IMG/VR virus record: IMGVR_UViG_3300027763_000068
Span: 1-59,209 of that record
DNA: 59,209 nt
Direction: 5' to 3' (one strand)
Source: a virus
Lineage: Duplodnaviria > Caudoviricetes
A program made the position numbers and the translations under genes. This document shows, in pieces, positions 37,101 to 46,994 of the stretch. The number at the start of each line of letters is the position of its first letter. Position 1 is the first letter of the stretch. Below the pieces are notes generated by a model. The model worked only from the letters and a program-made list of their open reading frames with translations. It ran no database searches and had not been told where the DNA came from.

Positions 37101-38772
37101 AAACACTACCATTACAACAAGCACCGTAAACTGGTGGTGGAGGATTCGAGCAATTTATGGTAGCACATGTCGAGTTTGGATAAAATACTGTCGTTGTGCC
37201 ATTTATAGCTTTGGCATCACATGATATTTGTGTTTCGTCTGGTGAACAGGATTTGCTGCCAGAAGAAGTGGTGACACAACACACACCAGAGGTACAATCT
37301 GCAGTTGTACATGTAGCACTTGCTGTCCATATATATCCACTTCCTTTAGCAAAACAAGCGGTTTGTGATATATTATTGTTAATAATACAAGCGTCTTTGT
37401 TTATACAACAACCTAAAACTGGAGAACAAACAACGCTTGGATCACTGCACGCGAGACCCGAATAAAAAGTTTTTCCTCCAGTACAGTTTGCTGGCAGTAC
37501 ACCATCTGTGCAAGTTCCAGCATCACAACAAGCTCCAGTGCTTGGAGAAGTACCACAATCAGTACATGGAGTTGTTGAAAACACACCATTTATTTCATTG
37601 CACGTATTTTCATTTGAATTATCATAACAAGTACCTTGACTACAACAGTAACCAATTCTTCCACAAGTTTGAGTACAGCTGGTGAGTGGAGTAAACACTC
37701 CTTCACCTAGTGTTCGTGCTTCACAATCAGATCCAGATATATTATCCCAACAATAATTAATATCTTGCCAGCAACACGATCCTACTGGATCACTGTAAAA
37801 TTTTCCTGTTTTTCCTATACCTCGATCAACAAATGCAGCATTAAAAGTAAGACCACCGTTCTCACTCCACATATGAACAATGTTCATGCCTTCCAGGAAT
37901 CCGTATTTACCTATTCCTTTATCAGTATTTTCAAAATATACATTTGAAGGAAAATTCCAAACGTCTTGGCCTTGTACAAACAGTGTGTAAGACTGTAAAA
38001 CAGAATTATCTGCGCTTGTTGTAAATGCTGTTATTCCAATTGGAGTCTTTAATTGATAAACAGAATATTTGTCCAGATTAATTGTGAAACCACTGGAATC
38101 CACTGCTAAAACTATATCGTTTGTTGTTCCAGTTACTATATTTCTGGCCATAGGTGTTAGATTATAAAAAGGTTCTACAAATTCTGAATAAACTTTAATA
38201 GAACTACCGGTTGCACCATTATCTGCTGTTAATCCAAACGATAGAACAGAATTAGAACCGGTTACTCCTATTCTTGTCGTAGTTGCTGAAAAGGTATCAG
38301 CAGTGTACACCACATAGTTTGCTGTGGTAGTTCCGTAAACTCCACTGTCAGTAATTGGTGATACAGTTAATAAAATTTCAGAACCATCAGAACTTAAAGT
38401 TGCTGCTATATTTCCACCACCACAAATTCCTCGAAATTCAAAAGTTTTTCCAGATATTACACTGGAAAATCCAGAATAATAAGTTGCACCAGACTGCAAA
38501 GAAACGCCTCGGGAATCTGAGTAACTTCCGGTTGGGCCAGTAAATCCAAATAATGGACCTAGTATAGTTCCGTTAGATAACTCGAATGTTATTCCACTAG
38601 AAACCAGATCAGAAACCGCGTTTATAATCCAAACACCAGTAGCACCAGTAGGACCTGAAGTTATACCGATCGCACCACGCAATCCGGCTGGACCGATGGA
38701 TCCAGTAGGTCCTGTTGGACCGGTTCGACCAATCAAATTTCCTATTGTGCTGTTTCCTATAATTGAAGGCAT
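34135..38772 (-). CDS. large fibre/appendage protein: collagen-like N-terminus and Cys-rich repeats
   Basis: 'GRTGPTGPTGSIGPAG', six G[SYACV]CC repeats, Cys-rich C-terminal half; own late promoter. Confidence 0.6.
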   Translation of the reverse strand: MPSIIGNSTIGNLIGRTGPTGPTGSIGPAGLRGAIGITSGPTGATGVWIINAVSDLVSSGITFELSNGTILGPLFGFTGPTGSYSDSRGVSLQSGATYYSGFSSVISGKTFEFRGICGGGNIAATLSSDGSEILLTVSPITDSGVYGTTTANYVVYTADTFSATTTRIGVTGSNSVLSFGLTADNGATGSSIKVYSEFVEPFYNLTPMARNIVTGTTNDIVLAVDSSGFTINLDKYSVYQLKTPIGITAFTTSADNSVLQSYTLFVQGQDVWNFPSNVYFENTDKGIGKYGFLEGMNIVHMWSENGGLTFNAAFVDRGIGKTGKFYSDPVGSCCWQDINYCWDNISGSDCEARTLGEGVFTPLTSCTQTCGRIGYCCSQGTCYDNSNENTCNEINGVFSTTPCTDCGTSPSTGACCDAGTCTDGVLPANCTGGKTFYSGLACSDPSVVCSPVLGCCINKDACIINNNISQTACFAKGSGYIWTASATCTTADCTSGVCCVTTSSGSKSCSPDETQISCDAKAINGTTTVFYPNSTCATINCSNPPPPVYGACCNGSVCTETIRSNCTGTWNSTKHCSDAVPPCVIPVYTYSFTILNADGSPVTDIILPDSTPQETQFKITVSTTDPAGVRLQLPSTHTNTLGHVFTITQTYNGSSYTGGLLPNGATVTIKISTTYDEFGRKNGIKNTINAVLLDTLLNTKFSQNINFYVVSKPPVPIDGCNTCQGGSPTDQFKVQSQFTINRLCMDCAKDYGSYLEYPPVKTQKGLVNFCVSKNGSCGWNVNIDCITYGPIEEVWDCKDSDKASDECVHAEYGVGVWQGNRPTTCASGCDPVQWNYLQEIKTRSVGCFNQKNPATFSCKGLSKVFASIGGCTGYVLDPYFSQIDFIQAPLAIASRGIKQDQQKQILNDLQTAILNQTDINAGSDNALMAFNPAKVNKKVTINASELSCCAGNIVFGSLANGGEILNLGFNAPAGKTVKYLLWMNKLGGSMQRASECGQPDYCGVFGALCSACLSGFTAEHCWAGYNLNISRVVFNNSDKSIDTTLSCSDNLFSTDTPIGFSYYYKKNKTWGDDTNCVCKEVEGQPDILTGSPCPDWSLYLLGELKESDLIKTTVGGKTKYSLQRDTISAEDGCKIPIEQWGKTCDTIGATPQPWESEWWKYIAFNCLKPVYSQFNLAEFGSREDIYFKFMDKMFRGRHCDTGTDLSCYPPNSCLLFGQYGSYSNCYCDDILNQPIPVNLFGESLTLDINGVNTTQPNKLEYSVMSYYIDERTRERIPQQSSVVLDLGYNPLFALYQYNREQFTTAIVPGTPDYPLPFPFANNSQYTQEYFGVVANAHITAGPALKGVPTISVDAIWNRDGYVNETVMPFGTMLPKVTSGVDTTGGREGVFINIRPNLEKLFNANGQRGTISEFKAEAWLLKTDFTGVDYKYEDSIDYVTNPSENILGFVFNFDGIDTPVWYKAKGADTKIYKFVFKLTAKTLIGYDWQGQEAWRTITKIFAYNHALYSDYGFAPTTQFKNKLLDGTLVSLDCSQVQVLCDSLPNG
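37020..37790 (-). repeat. tandem Cys-rich G-x-C-C...C...C...C...C protein repeats (about 40-50 aa unit)
   Basis: GSCC, GYCC, GACC, GCC, GVCC, GACC at regular spacing. Confidence 0.8.
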
Positions 38773-38781
38773 AGTTTATTT

Positions 38782-38789
38782 TATTTATA
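38782..38789 (-). promoter_or_regulatory. T4-type late promoter TATAAATA
   Basis: exact motif 9 nt upstream of the 1545-aa ORF start. Confidence 0.75.
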
Positions 38790-38792
38790 ATA

Positions 38793-39902
38793 TTAACAAG
38801 GAGGCGGATTTGCCGAGCAAGAAGTGGCGGAATCAAAAACACCACCATATTGCAAACAAACTGTGCGATTAGTGTCTACACAGGTTCCATTAATACAACA
38901 AGCACCAAAATCATCACAGTCTTGCGTTCTTCTATTGATACAGGGATTGGGAGAAAAATTACCACTTAAATTGTTTTCGCAGACATATCGAGTGATATAA
39001 TCTAAACACGTTTTTGCTCCATTTGAATTACAGTAACAACAAGAACCAATAATTTTGTTTTGGTATGTTGTGGTATTGGTGTCGTTAAAAATATCAGAAC
39101 TTATATAAGTTATACCAGAATTTTGGTTTGTTCCGGTTACACCTTTATAGCCGGTGTGATAAATTTGCTTACTGGTCCAAGTATTTCCAGACTTATAAAA
39201 TGAATTAACTGAAGAATCCCAAGGATTTGTAACCAAGGCAGTGATTCCAGTTATATTGATAAGATTTACATTTGTAATACCTGTGGTATTTTTGCCTTGC
39301 AAAAAGGAACCCATTAACGCACTTGCTAGATGTGCTGTCGTGGATCCACTAGTTACTGTTTGATAACGAAATACTCTGTTTCCTGTTTTGTCTAGTAAAG
39401 TATTAGCTGTATTTCCTAACGCATATAAAACAGTACCACTAACACCTAATGCATTAGAAGAAGTTGCAGTTACTCCTTTGAATATTAAATTATTACCACT
39501 GTAAGTTAAACTTAATCCAGCAGAACCAAAAATAGATTTAAAGTAAGCAGTTAAACCTATTACTGGATTATTGCTAACAATACTAAAAGCATTAGTATCA
39601 ACTCCGGTTACACCTTTAACATCAAACGGATTGGTAGATACTAAACCAGAAAAATCTGTTGGAGTATTGCCTGAAAGGCCAGTTATTGATATTTTGGTTC
39701 CATCAATTAAGTGTACAGTTATTCCGTTTGCATCTATTTTTGTTATGAATGCAACACCAAGTCCGGTGGCTCCGGTTGCTCCGTTATTACCTCCAGTTGG
39801 ACCGGTTGGACCGGTTGGACCTGTGGAACCAGTAGCACCAATAAAGGTGTTGGCTATCGGCATATTACCAATTGGGATATTACTGGATCCTAGTCTACTC
39901 AT
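38793..39902 (-). CDS. collagen-like, GxT-rich fibre protein with C-terminal Cys repeats
   Basis: 'GATGSTGPTGPTGPTG..GATGATG'; 'GSCC', 'GACC'. Confidence 0.6.
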   Translation of the reverse strand: MSRLGSSNIPIGNMPIANTFIGATGSTGPTGPTGPTGGNNGATGATGLGVAFITKIDANGITVHLIDGTKISITGLSGNTPTDFSGLVSTNPFDVKGVTGVDTNAFSIVSNNPVIGLTAYFKSIFGSAGLSLTYSGNNLIFKGVTATSSNALGVSGTVLYALGNTANTLLDKTGNRVFRYQTVTSGSTTAHLASALMGSFLQGKNTTGITNVNLINITGITALVTNPWDSSVNSFYKSGNTWTSKQIYHTGYKGVTGTNQNSGITYISSDIFNDTNTTTYQNKIIGSCCYCNSNGAKTCLDYITRYVCENNLSGNFSPNPCINRRTQDCDDFGACCINGTCVDTNRTVCLQYGGVFDSATSCSANPPPC

Positions 39903-42763
39903 AGTGGGGAGCTCGGAAGTGTTGGTGTGGTTGTATTATTTATTGTCTGATTTTTATTTACTATTCTATCTTTATATACTGGTGGTATCTTCCATAATTT
40001 ACTACTAGCTGGAATCAACCCGTCGCAACGCAACATACGAACAGGTCTTACTTTATATAAATCCTGTCTGCTAGCTTTATACACTTTATAATTGTTTATA
40101 TCACCATTAACATCAATATTCATGGCAATTGCAACAGAACCTGGAGAAGAAGTAATTTGTGTTTTTACTCCATTTATAATAAATTCACCATAACATCCTT
40201 CTAGTTTTGCAAAATTAAAAGCACCAGTAGAAGTCCAATACGTTCCATTTAATGGTTCACCGTTTACAACTAAATTTTGATTAATATTGTAACCAAAAGT
40301 ATTTGTTGTATTTGCTGCAATAAAAGCCATTTCATCGTGGCTTGGTAAATACCATCCAGAAAGTATTGCGTTGTTTGGAGTTGCTGTTTGAGTATCGGAA
40401 GTCAATCCATCAGACAATAATCTGGTTGCTCTAAATGCATTTGGAATTGTGGTTACTGCGTAGAATTGATTGTAATTTATAGGATTTGTGCCAGGAGGAT
40501 TTACTGCTCGTTGCCAATAAGCATTATTTGCATTAACTGCTCGAATAGTATTGTAAAGTCCCCAAGATGTTTTCCAATAACCAAATAATTTGGGAGTTTC
40601 TGATGCTGTATCAAATGCACGAGATTCGCCACCATTACCCAGACCTGTTGATGTAGAACATGTGACAAACGTATCACGTAATATTATTTGAGCTAATGTT
40701 GCACCAGTAAATCCCTGTGCCCAGTATCCTTCTTTAAGATAAAATTTTGTAGTATAATATTCGTACGGATTATCATTATATGTAATATCATTTCCACCTG
40801 GCATAGGGCCCCAAGATGATCCAGTTGCTCCCCATGGGAATGTGTTATATTGATACGTTTCATCTGGAGATTTAATATTTAATTTTGAATCAATGTAAAC
40901 GTCATCCGGATAAACTATAAGCACATAAGATTCATTAATATTATTACAGTCTTTAGTTATACCGTATGCTCTATGATCAACATAAGAAGTGTAAAATTCA
41001 GAAGAATAAGTAGTTTCTGGCATACATCCAGTAACTCCTGATGGAGAAAATAAAGTTTTAGCTCCTAAAATTAAACTTTTGCCAGGATTAAATACATCAA
41101 CAACAATTCCGCCACCGTATTTTGATCCTTTACTAATAGGAACACCGTCAACAAAACCCAAGCAAGATATTGTGGTTGGGCATATAAATGAATCACAAGA
41201 TTGTGTTACACCACCATAAAATCCGTTAGAAGTAAAACAAGTAGAAAAAGATGTTTGTGAACAAGAACCATTTATGCAACACGGACCAGTGCCAGAAGCA
41301 CAAACAGCACGACCTAATGTGTCAAAACAAGAACTGGAGTCTCCTTGATAAAAACCACCAGACGATACGCAAGTATTATACGGCAATTCTTGACAATTTC
41401 CTCGGCCATCACAGCACGCACCTATCCTGTCAAATATCTTATTACAATTAGTGGTTGCTGTGCTTGTAAAATTTCCTGCAAATTTTACGGTTTGAGAAGC
41501 TAATCGTTGTAAACAGTCAGTACAGGTTAATTGATCAGAAATTGCTTCTCTTATCTTTGTACTGCCGGAAGTAGTTTCTTGACAACAACAACCCGGCTTA
41601 TCGCAGATAAAATCTGTGGCAGGACCACACGTAGTTCCTGCTCCATGAAAAAATCCAGTACAATTAGACGCTATGGTTTCAACACACGTACCGTCAGATT
41701 TACAACACGCACCCACAATAGTGCCCAAATAAGATTGACCAGATCCAGAACTAGTACTGCAATTTGTTTGATATAATGTGGTATCACATTTAGTTGATGT
41801 TGGTACAGCAGTAGCATACCAGCTACCATTTATACCGAAGAAAGAAATCTTCATATCACAGGTAACACCATCCACCGACAAACAAGGAGATTGTTGTTGT
41901 GGCCAAAAAATGTTTGAACTGAATCGTTTTGTTATATCTCTAGGATTCTTTGCACCAGAAACAATTAAATCAAATGCGTATGCATTTTGGTCTGGTGTGT
42001 AATCATTAACAACTATGGTTCCAGTATTATTTGCAAAATCTGCAACAAATACTCTAGATCTGGCACCAAACATCAATGAATCGTATTCAGCAGTAAACGG
42101 ATTAAACGTACAAGTTATACCATTGCCAGAGTGCTCGCAATAAACAGCTCCTGTAGAACCTGTCCATCCAGCTCCTCTTACGTGTTCAAACACGTTTGCG
42201 TTTACAAAACGAACACTTTGAACAGGTGGCCCAGATATTCCTGTACTTTGTAAGTAAGTAATACCGGACGTATTTGGTATTCTTTCAAGCTTTCCGGAAG
42301 AATTAAATCTTAAGAAATTTCTGTCTGTGGTAGAACTGGCAGCAACAGTTACGCCTTGAGAAATGTTCTGCAAAGATATATCAATATAGTTTACCCGATC
42401 TACGACAGACAAAACAGAATTTGAATTATTTACAAATCTAACAGGACGTAACAGTATATCACTACCACTAATACCGTAAGCCAAACTAATACCATTACCC
42501 AGATTGTTTACCGCCAGTGAGTATGATGCATTTCCGGTTGCACCATATATTTGAGTAGCAGTACCATAAGTTTTACCGTTAGAAAATGTAGTAATAAGAT
42601 ACCGATTTACCAGAGTGATACCAACAATACTTGGTCCTGTGTTTCCTGTTAAACCAATACCAGTGGCACCTGTTATACCGGTAGCACCTGTAGGCCCGGT
42701 AGGTCCGGTAACACTGTACTGCGATCCGAATAGATTGACTGAGCTGGAACTCAGAATGTTCAT
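39899..42763 (-). CDS. fibre/adhesin: collagen-like, Cys repeats, DUF1566-like C-terminus
   Basis: 'GPTGPTGATGITGATG'; GACC/GCCC/GPCC; 'YGGGIVV', 'GWYLPSHDEM', 'YWTST', 'KVRPVR'. Confidence 0.65.
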   Translation of the reverse strand: MNILSSSSVNLFGSQYSVTGPTGPTGATGITGATGIGLTGNTGPSIVGITLVNRYLITTFSNGKTYGTATQIYGATGNASYSLAVNNLGNGISLAYGISGSDILLRPVRFVNNSNSVLSVVDRVNYIDISLQNISQGVTVAASSTTDRNFLRFNSSGKLERIPNTSGITYLQSTGISGPPVQSVRFVNANVFEHVRGAGWTGSTGAVYCEHSGNGITCTFNPFTAEYDSLMFGARSRVFVADFANNTGTIVVNDYTPDQNAYAFDLIVSGAKNPRDITKRFSSNIFWPQQQSPCLSVDGVTCDMKISFFGINGSWYATAVPTSTKCDTTLYQTNCSTSSGSGQSYLGTIVGACCKSDGTCVETIASNCTGFFHGAGTTCGPATDFICDKPGCCCQETTSGSTKIREAISDQLTCTDCLQRLASQTVKFAGNFTSTATTNCNKIFDRIGACCDGRGNCQELPYNTCVSSGGFYQGDSSSCFDTLGRAVCASGTGPCCINGSCSQTSFSTCFTSNGFYGGVTQSCDSFICPTTISCLGFVDGVPISKGSKYGGGIVVDVFNPGKSLILGAKTLFSPSGVTGCMPETTYSSEFYTSYVDHRAYGITKDCNNINESYVLIVYPDDVYIDSKLNIKSPDETYQYNTFPWGATGSSWGPMPGGNDITYNDNPYEYYTTKFYLKEGYWAQGFTGATLAQIILRDTFVTCSTSTGLGNGGESRAFDTASETPKLFGYWKTSWGLYNTIRAVNANNAYWQRAVNPPGTNPINYNQFYAVTTIPNAFRATRLLSDGLTSDTQTATPNNAILSGWYLPSHDEMAFIAANTTNTFGYNINQNLVVNGEPLNGTYWTSTGAFNFAKLEGCYGEFIINGVKTQITSSPGSVAIAMNIDVNGDINNYKVYKASRQDLYKVRPVRMLRCDGLIPASSKLWKIPPVYKDRIVNKNQTINNTTTPTLPSSPL

Positions 42764-42779
42764 TTAATGTTTCTCCGGA

Positions 42780-43922
42780 TTACCACAGTGATGGAACAGT
42801 ATTATTTTTTAGTAGATTCAAACGAGTTTCGAGTAATGATATTTTTGCTTCTAGATCGGTTATAGAACCAACAGCCACAGTTCCAGACACATCAAGAGAA
42901 GCTATGCTGAGAGCGTCTGGTATGGTTACTCGGCTAGATTGTTGAGTTTTGATCCATGGAGTAAAGTTTGCGCTGTTTTGAACAGGAGGATTTGTGTCGG
43001 TTACAGGAGGCACTTCAAATTGAGAAATGCTGGTTGAAGAAGCACTATATGGATTTCCATTTATTGTTAATGTTTGTGTTGTGTTTATTAAAGATTGTGT
43101 GCGAGTTTTAAGTATATCAATGTATGGAGAGGGGCTAGTTCCTGATCCGTAGACAGTACCTACACTAACACTATTTTGTGTTACTATTCCTCGTGGAGAA
43201 CTACTAGTCACAGTACCACTAGAAACAATAACTCTTTCAATGTATCCGGCTGTAGTCCAAGCAGTAACCCATACTTGATATAAATCTGGATATGTTGACA
43301 CACTAAAGTAATTATTGCTGCTTTGAAGTTGTGTCCATCCACCAGAATTAATAAAACTGGTGTAATTTACATAATCAGCCGGGAAGTACACCACAGAACC
43401 TATAGGTAGACCACCAACATTTTCGCTGATTGTGGCTTGATTTCCTGCTTTATAACCAACGTAATTAGTCACTACTGCATTGTAAATGCTGTGTGGGGCC
43501 ACTTGCATGACTGGTTTGATAATTTTCTCACCAGAAGTGCTCATGTCTACAGTTCCGGTTAAACCACCAGAAACAGTATCACTCAAGAATAAAACGTCTA
43601 CGTTGCCTGCTCCACCACTGGTTATAGCACTTAATCTGGAACTGGGGTATTGAATAGATCCAGTTAAAACAACCGTGCAACCACTAGCGTTGACACTTTC
43701 AACCACACCTAATACTTCAGCTTTTGGTTCTGTACTTGCTACTGATAGAGTGTATCCTCCGGTTGGTACGTCCCATCGGATAACGTCTCCTGCAGTGATT
43801 CCGGTTGTTGGTAATCCGTCTGTAGTTTTAATACTAATTGCCAGACGACTGGTATCTTGAGTTAATATAGTGTACGGTGCAAATACTCGGGTGTTTTGAT
43901 TTGATGTGGAGAAAGATGTCAT
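42780..43922 (-). CDS. tail fibre-associated protein with tail-collar-like motif
   Basis: 'AGDVIR...AEVLGVV' module shared with the next ORF; 'LPIGSVVYF...STYPDLY'. Confidence 0.55.
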   Translation of the reverse strand: MTSFSTSNQNTRVFAPYTILTQDTSRLAISIKTTDGLPTTGITAGDVIRWDVPTGGYTLSVASTEPKAEVLGVVESVNASGCTVVLTGSIQYPSSRLSAITSGGAGNVDVLFLSDTVSGGLTGTVDMSTSGEKIIKPVMQVAPHSIYNAVVTNYVGYKAGNQATISENVGGLPIGSVVYFPADYVNYTSFINSGGWTQLQSSNNYFSVSTYPDLYQVWVTAWTTAGYIERVIVSSGTVTSSSPRGIVTQNSVSVGTVYGSGTSPSPYIDILKTRTQSLINTTQTLTINGNPYSASSTSISQFEVPPVTDTNPPVQNSANFTPWIKTQQSSRVTIPDALSIASLDVSGTVAVGSITDLEAKISLLETRLNLLKNNTVPSLW

Positions 43923-43931
43923 CCGTTATCC

Positions 43932-46256
43932 TTATACGTTAAGATTTAAGTCTGCGTCTGCAACATAATGGAATGTTAGTGTGTCTAAGTGGGTAGCACC
44001 ATTCAATATACTTAAAATCATGCCATTCTTTGAAGCAGAAATTGCTGATATGTTTGGACTTGGCCAAGCTGAAGTTGTTCGGCTGGTTGTGGTATCCCAA
44101 GGAAGATTTACTAATCCGTCTCCAGAATAACGCATATCTTTTCCAGTGTTAACATTGTATGCGTCTCCTTGTTGACCGCTTGGAGAATACAAAGTTATTG
44201 TTGGTGTAGTTACAGTTTCTACTGGGAACGGTATTGTGTAAAATCTTTGTGAATTTAGATTACCAAGTTGTAGTTTTTGTTCGTTGAAACGAGAACTGCC
44301 GGTGAAACCGTTGTTTTGATCCCAATCGTAAGTTCTCAGATAATACGGACTACATCTTTCCAGTTCTAGTTTAGGATCTTTATAAATTGCGTCAGTCACA
44401 TCGCCACCAAGTTCTAGTTGAACTTGAGCCAAGCTAACCGTGGCCGTGCTGGACGGGAATTCTAGTCCGACAGCTAACCAACCGGTTTCTGTTACACCTA
44501 AAGTAAATCCTGCAACAGCTGGAGTGAATGTGTATTGGTATTGATTCCATAAAGTGTTCAGTGTGATGCCGGTTGGATAAGTTACATTTACACGAGATTC
44601 GGTTGCAGTTTTTACCGCAGCAGAATTGGCGTAAGTGTCTTTATATCGGTTATAAACAATATCTAAAGTAGAACCACTCACAGTAGACTTGGCCCAGAAT
44701 GATAAGGTTGCTTGTTGTCCTTGAAGCAGTCTGGCTTCACTTTGAACGTTTTCTAGTCTTGGTCTATTTTGTGCAGCACTAATACCAGAGTATTGTGTGT
44801 TAAAATCCACGTAATATAGTGGAGAACCTGGTACTGAAGTTTGATTTGAGTCAAAAGTTTGTCTGCTAGTGTTTAATGTTAGACCAGAAATGCCGGTTAA
44901 ACCGTTCTTCACCACAAACCATCTGTCAGCAAATGGTGTAGAGTAAGTATTTAAACTACCGGCAGTTAATGAAGTTGCTTGTCGTTGCCAGATAGAAAAT
45001 GCACCATTAGGAATTAAATTATCATACTCTAAAGCAGCAGTAGTTCCACTAGTTGCAACTGATCCAGCTCCAACATATGAACTGCCACCAGAACCTGTTG
45101 CATCACGCGCACCAATAATTATTTTTGCATTTGAAGCATCAGTTTTAATAAAATCAACAAACTTGGCTTTATTGAGAGCAACAGCATTTATACCAGTGAT
45201 TAAACGACCACTGGAATCTAATATTAACTGATCTGTTTTAGTTGTTGTTGTAAAGAAATTTGTGTCTAAATCAGAAATTAAAGTATTAAATGAGCCACCC
45301 GGTAAAGTAACTTCTAAAATATATTTGGTACCATCATTTACTAAAATTTTACTAATTAAACCTAAGAAACTATTTCCTGTCAACCAAGTTCTATCGATTG
45401 ATGAAGCTAAATTTAAAACATAACACACATTATACGTAGAACCGTTTATTTTTCCATAAGTTTTTGATGCAAATCTGGCACTATTACTGTCATTTGTAGT
45501 ATCGTCTGTAAAGTAAATCACAGGATCACCAGTTTTTACTGTTGCAGTAGGAGTGTCTGCTATGTCTATTTGAATTACAATTTTATTATCAAGTTCCGCA
45601 GTAATACCAGCACTTATACCTTCTATTTGAATACCACGATAAGGAAGCAAAGCACCAGCATTACCACAAATACCTAAAATCATAGGTTTAGAAACGTAAC
45701 CGTAAGTTTGTGGTTCTACTGTAGTAATACCACCAGCAACTACAGGATCTAAGAAGTACGCCCGACCAGCAATCAAAGTACCACCAGCAATTCCTAAAGC
45801 ATTTCCTATTATTGATGAAAAATTAGTACTGTTAATGGAACCGTTAACCGCAACAATATTCGAGGTTGCGTCTTCACCAATAACAATTCCCAGCACTTCA
45901 GCGTTTGTTCTAGAGTCTGCTTTTGCTAGAGTTACACCGCTTGATGTCACACGAACAACATTTCCTGCGGTTAGTCCAGACACTTTAGGAAGTACACTGA
46001 TGGTTGTGCTGGAAACTGTTGGGCTGGAAGCAAAAGAAACTGTTCCGTTAAATTTTACATTACCAGCAAATGTAACACCAGTTGATACATTGTTACTATG
46101 ACCAATAGTAAATACGCCACTAGAACTGCTAAGACTAATACCGTCACCAGCAAGAATATTATAAACTGTCACTCCATTTAATGTACTAATAACAGTATTG
46201 GTTGTGTCGAACCAAGTCTTAAACGTATCGGTGTATAATAGGTTGCTTATTGCCAT
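43932..46256 (-). CDS. tail fibre protein with carbohydrate-binding-like C-terminal domain
   Basis: 'TDTFKTWFDTTN' N-terminus; 'NLIPNGAFSIWQR...ADRW...TLSFWAK...VQLE.G...ELERCSPYY'. Confidence 0.65.
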   Translation of the reverse strand: MAISNLLYTDTFKTWFDTTNTVISTLNGVTVYNILAGDGISLSSSSGVFTIGHSNNVSTGVTFAGNVKFNGTVSFASSPTVSSTTISVLPKVSGLTAGNVVRVTSSGVTLAKADSRTNAEVLGIVIGEDATSNIVAVNGSINSTNFSSIIGNALGIAGGTLIAGRAYFLDPVVAGGITTVEPQTYGYVSKPMILGICGNAGALLPYRGIQIEGISAGITAELDNKIVIQIDIADTPTATVKTGDPVIYFTDDTTNDSNSARFASKTYGKINGSTYNVCYVLNLASSIDRTWLTGNSFLGLISKILVNDGTKYILEVTLPGGSFNTLISDLDTNFFTTTTKTDQLILDSSGRLITGINAVALNKAKFVDFIKTDASNAKIIIGARDATGSGGSSYVGAGSVATSGTTAALEYDNLIPNGAFSIWQRQATSLTAGSLNTYSTPFADRWFVVKNGLTGISGLTLNTSRQTFDSNQTSVPGSPLYYVDFNTQYSGISAAQNRPRLENVQSEARLLQGQQATLSFWAKSTVSGSTLDIVYNRYKDTYANSAAVKTATESRVNVTYPTGITLNTLWNQYQYTFTPAVAGFTLGVTETGWLAVGLEFPSSTATVSLAQVQLELGGDVTDAIYKDPKLELERCSPYYLRTYDWDQNNGFTGSSRFNEQKLQLGNLNSQRFYTIPFPVETVTTPTITLYSPSGQQGDAYNVNTGKDMRYSGDGLVNLPWDTTTSRTTSAWPSPNISAISASKNGMILSILNGATHLDTLTFHYVADADLNLNV

Positions 46257-46260
46257 GGGA

Positions 46261-46992
46261 TTATGCTACCACTATGTTATAGTTGTTTTTAAAGGCGATA
46301 ACCACGGAACTTCCGGGTCTGCTTGCTGTTATTATTGGTAAGAAAGTTTCTCCGGTTGCAACATCGGTTGCTTTACCGAAACCAATAATTTGTACTTGTA
46401 ATCTGGCAGCACCACAAGGACCATTAATAACGTTAATGTTTGAAGAATCTTGTAATGAACGGTCTTCGTAGGTTGCTGCAGTGGCATTAGTGGTGCATTG
46501 AATAGTATTTTGTTTAATAATTATTCCATAATCCCCATCAAGACCAGGATTTGAAGAATTACTGTAATCAGTTAAAATTACAGTATCTGTATTGTTGTAC
46601 ACCCATATTCCAAATCCACCATTAACATTGTTTTGCTTTGTTAGATACCAACCAGCTTTAAAGGTTACTGTTACTTTACTGGATGCTGAAGTGTAACTCA
46701 CTAGTGCTGGATCTACTGGAGTACAGCCGTTCCACGGAGTTGCCAGCATACCAACACCATTTTGTTCCAAATAATTCATATTGTGCCAGTTGGCAAACAT
46801 GTTTTGTGTTAGAGTTTGTTGAATATAAAAATTTTCTTGTAATTCATTTAATTCGGAAGCTTGTAAAGGGAAACCAGGCTTAAATGCAACCGCAAAATAA
46901 TTCTTTGCAGCATCCATTTGAGATTCTGATCTGCTTCTGAACGGGTTTTGCTTTAGCGGTAAATCGCTGATGAATGGTTGTGGTATTGTCAT
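46261..46992 (-). CDS. short DUF4815/VrlC-like baseplate-associated protein
   Basis: 'KNYFAVAFKPGFPLQASELNELQ' and 'GAARLQV' motifs; position after gp8. Confidence 0.65.
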   Translation of the reverse strand: MTIPQPFISDLPLKQNPFRSRSESQMDAAKNYFAVAFKPGFPLQASELNELQENFYIQQTLTQNMFANWHNMNYLEQNGVGMLATPWNGCTPVDPALVSYTSASSKVTVTFKAGWYLTKQNNVNGGFGIWVYNNTDTVILTDYSNSSNPGLDGDYGIIIKQNTIQCTTNATAATYEDRSLQDSSNINVINGPCGAARLQVQIIGFGKATDVATGETFLPIITASRPGSSVVIAFKNNYNIVVA

Positions 46993-46994
46993 TT

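Noticed and set aside
39760-39840. Tandem 9-bp repeats (accggttgg) as a possible CRISPR or VNTR
   Set aside because: They encode the collagen-like GPT triplets; no spacers or cas genes
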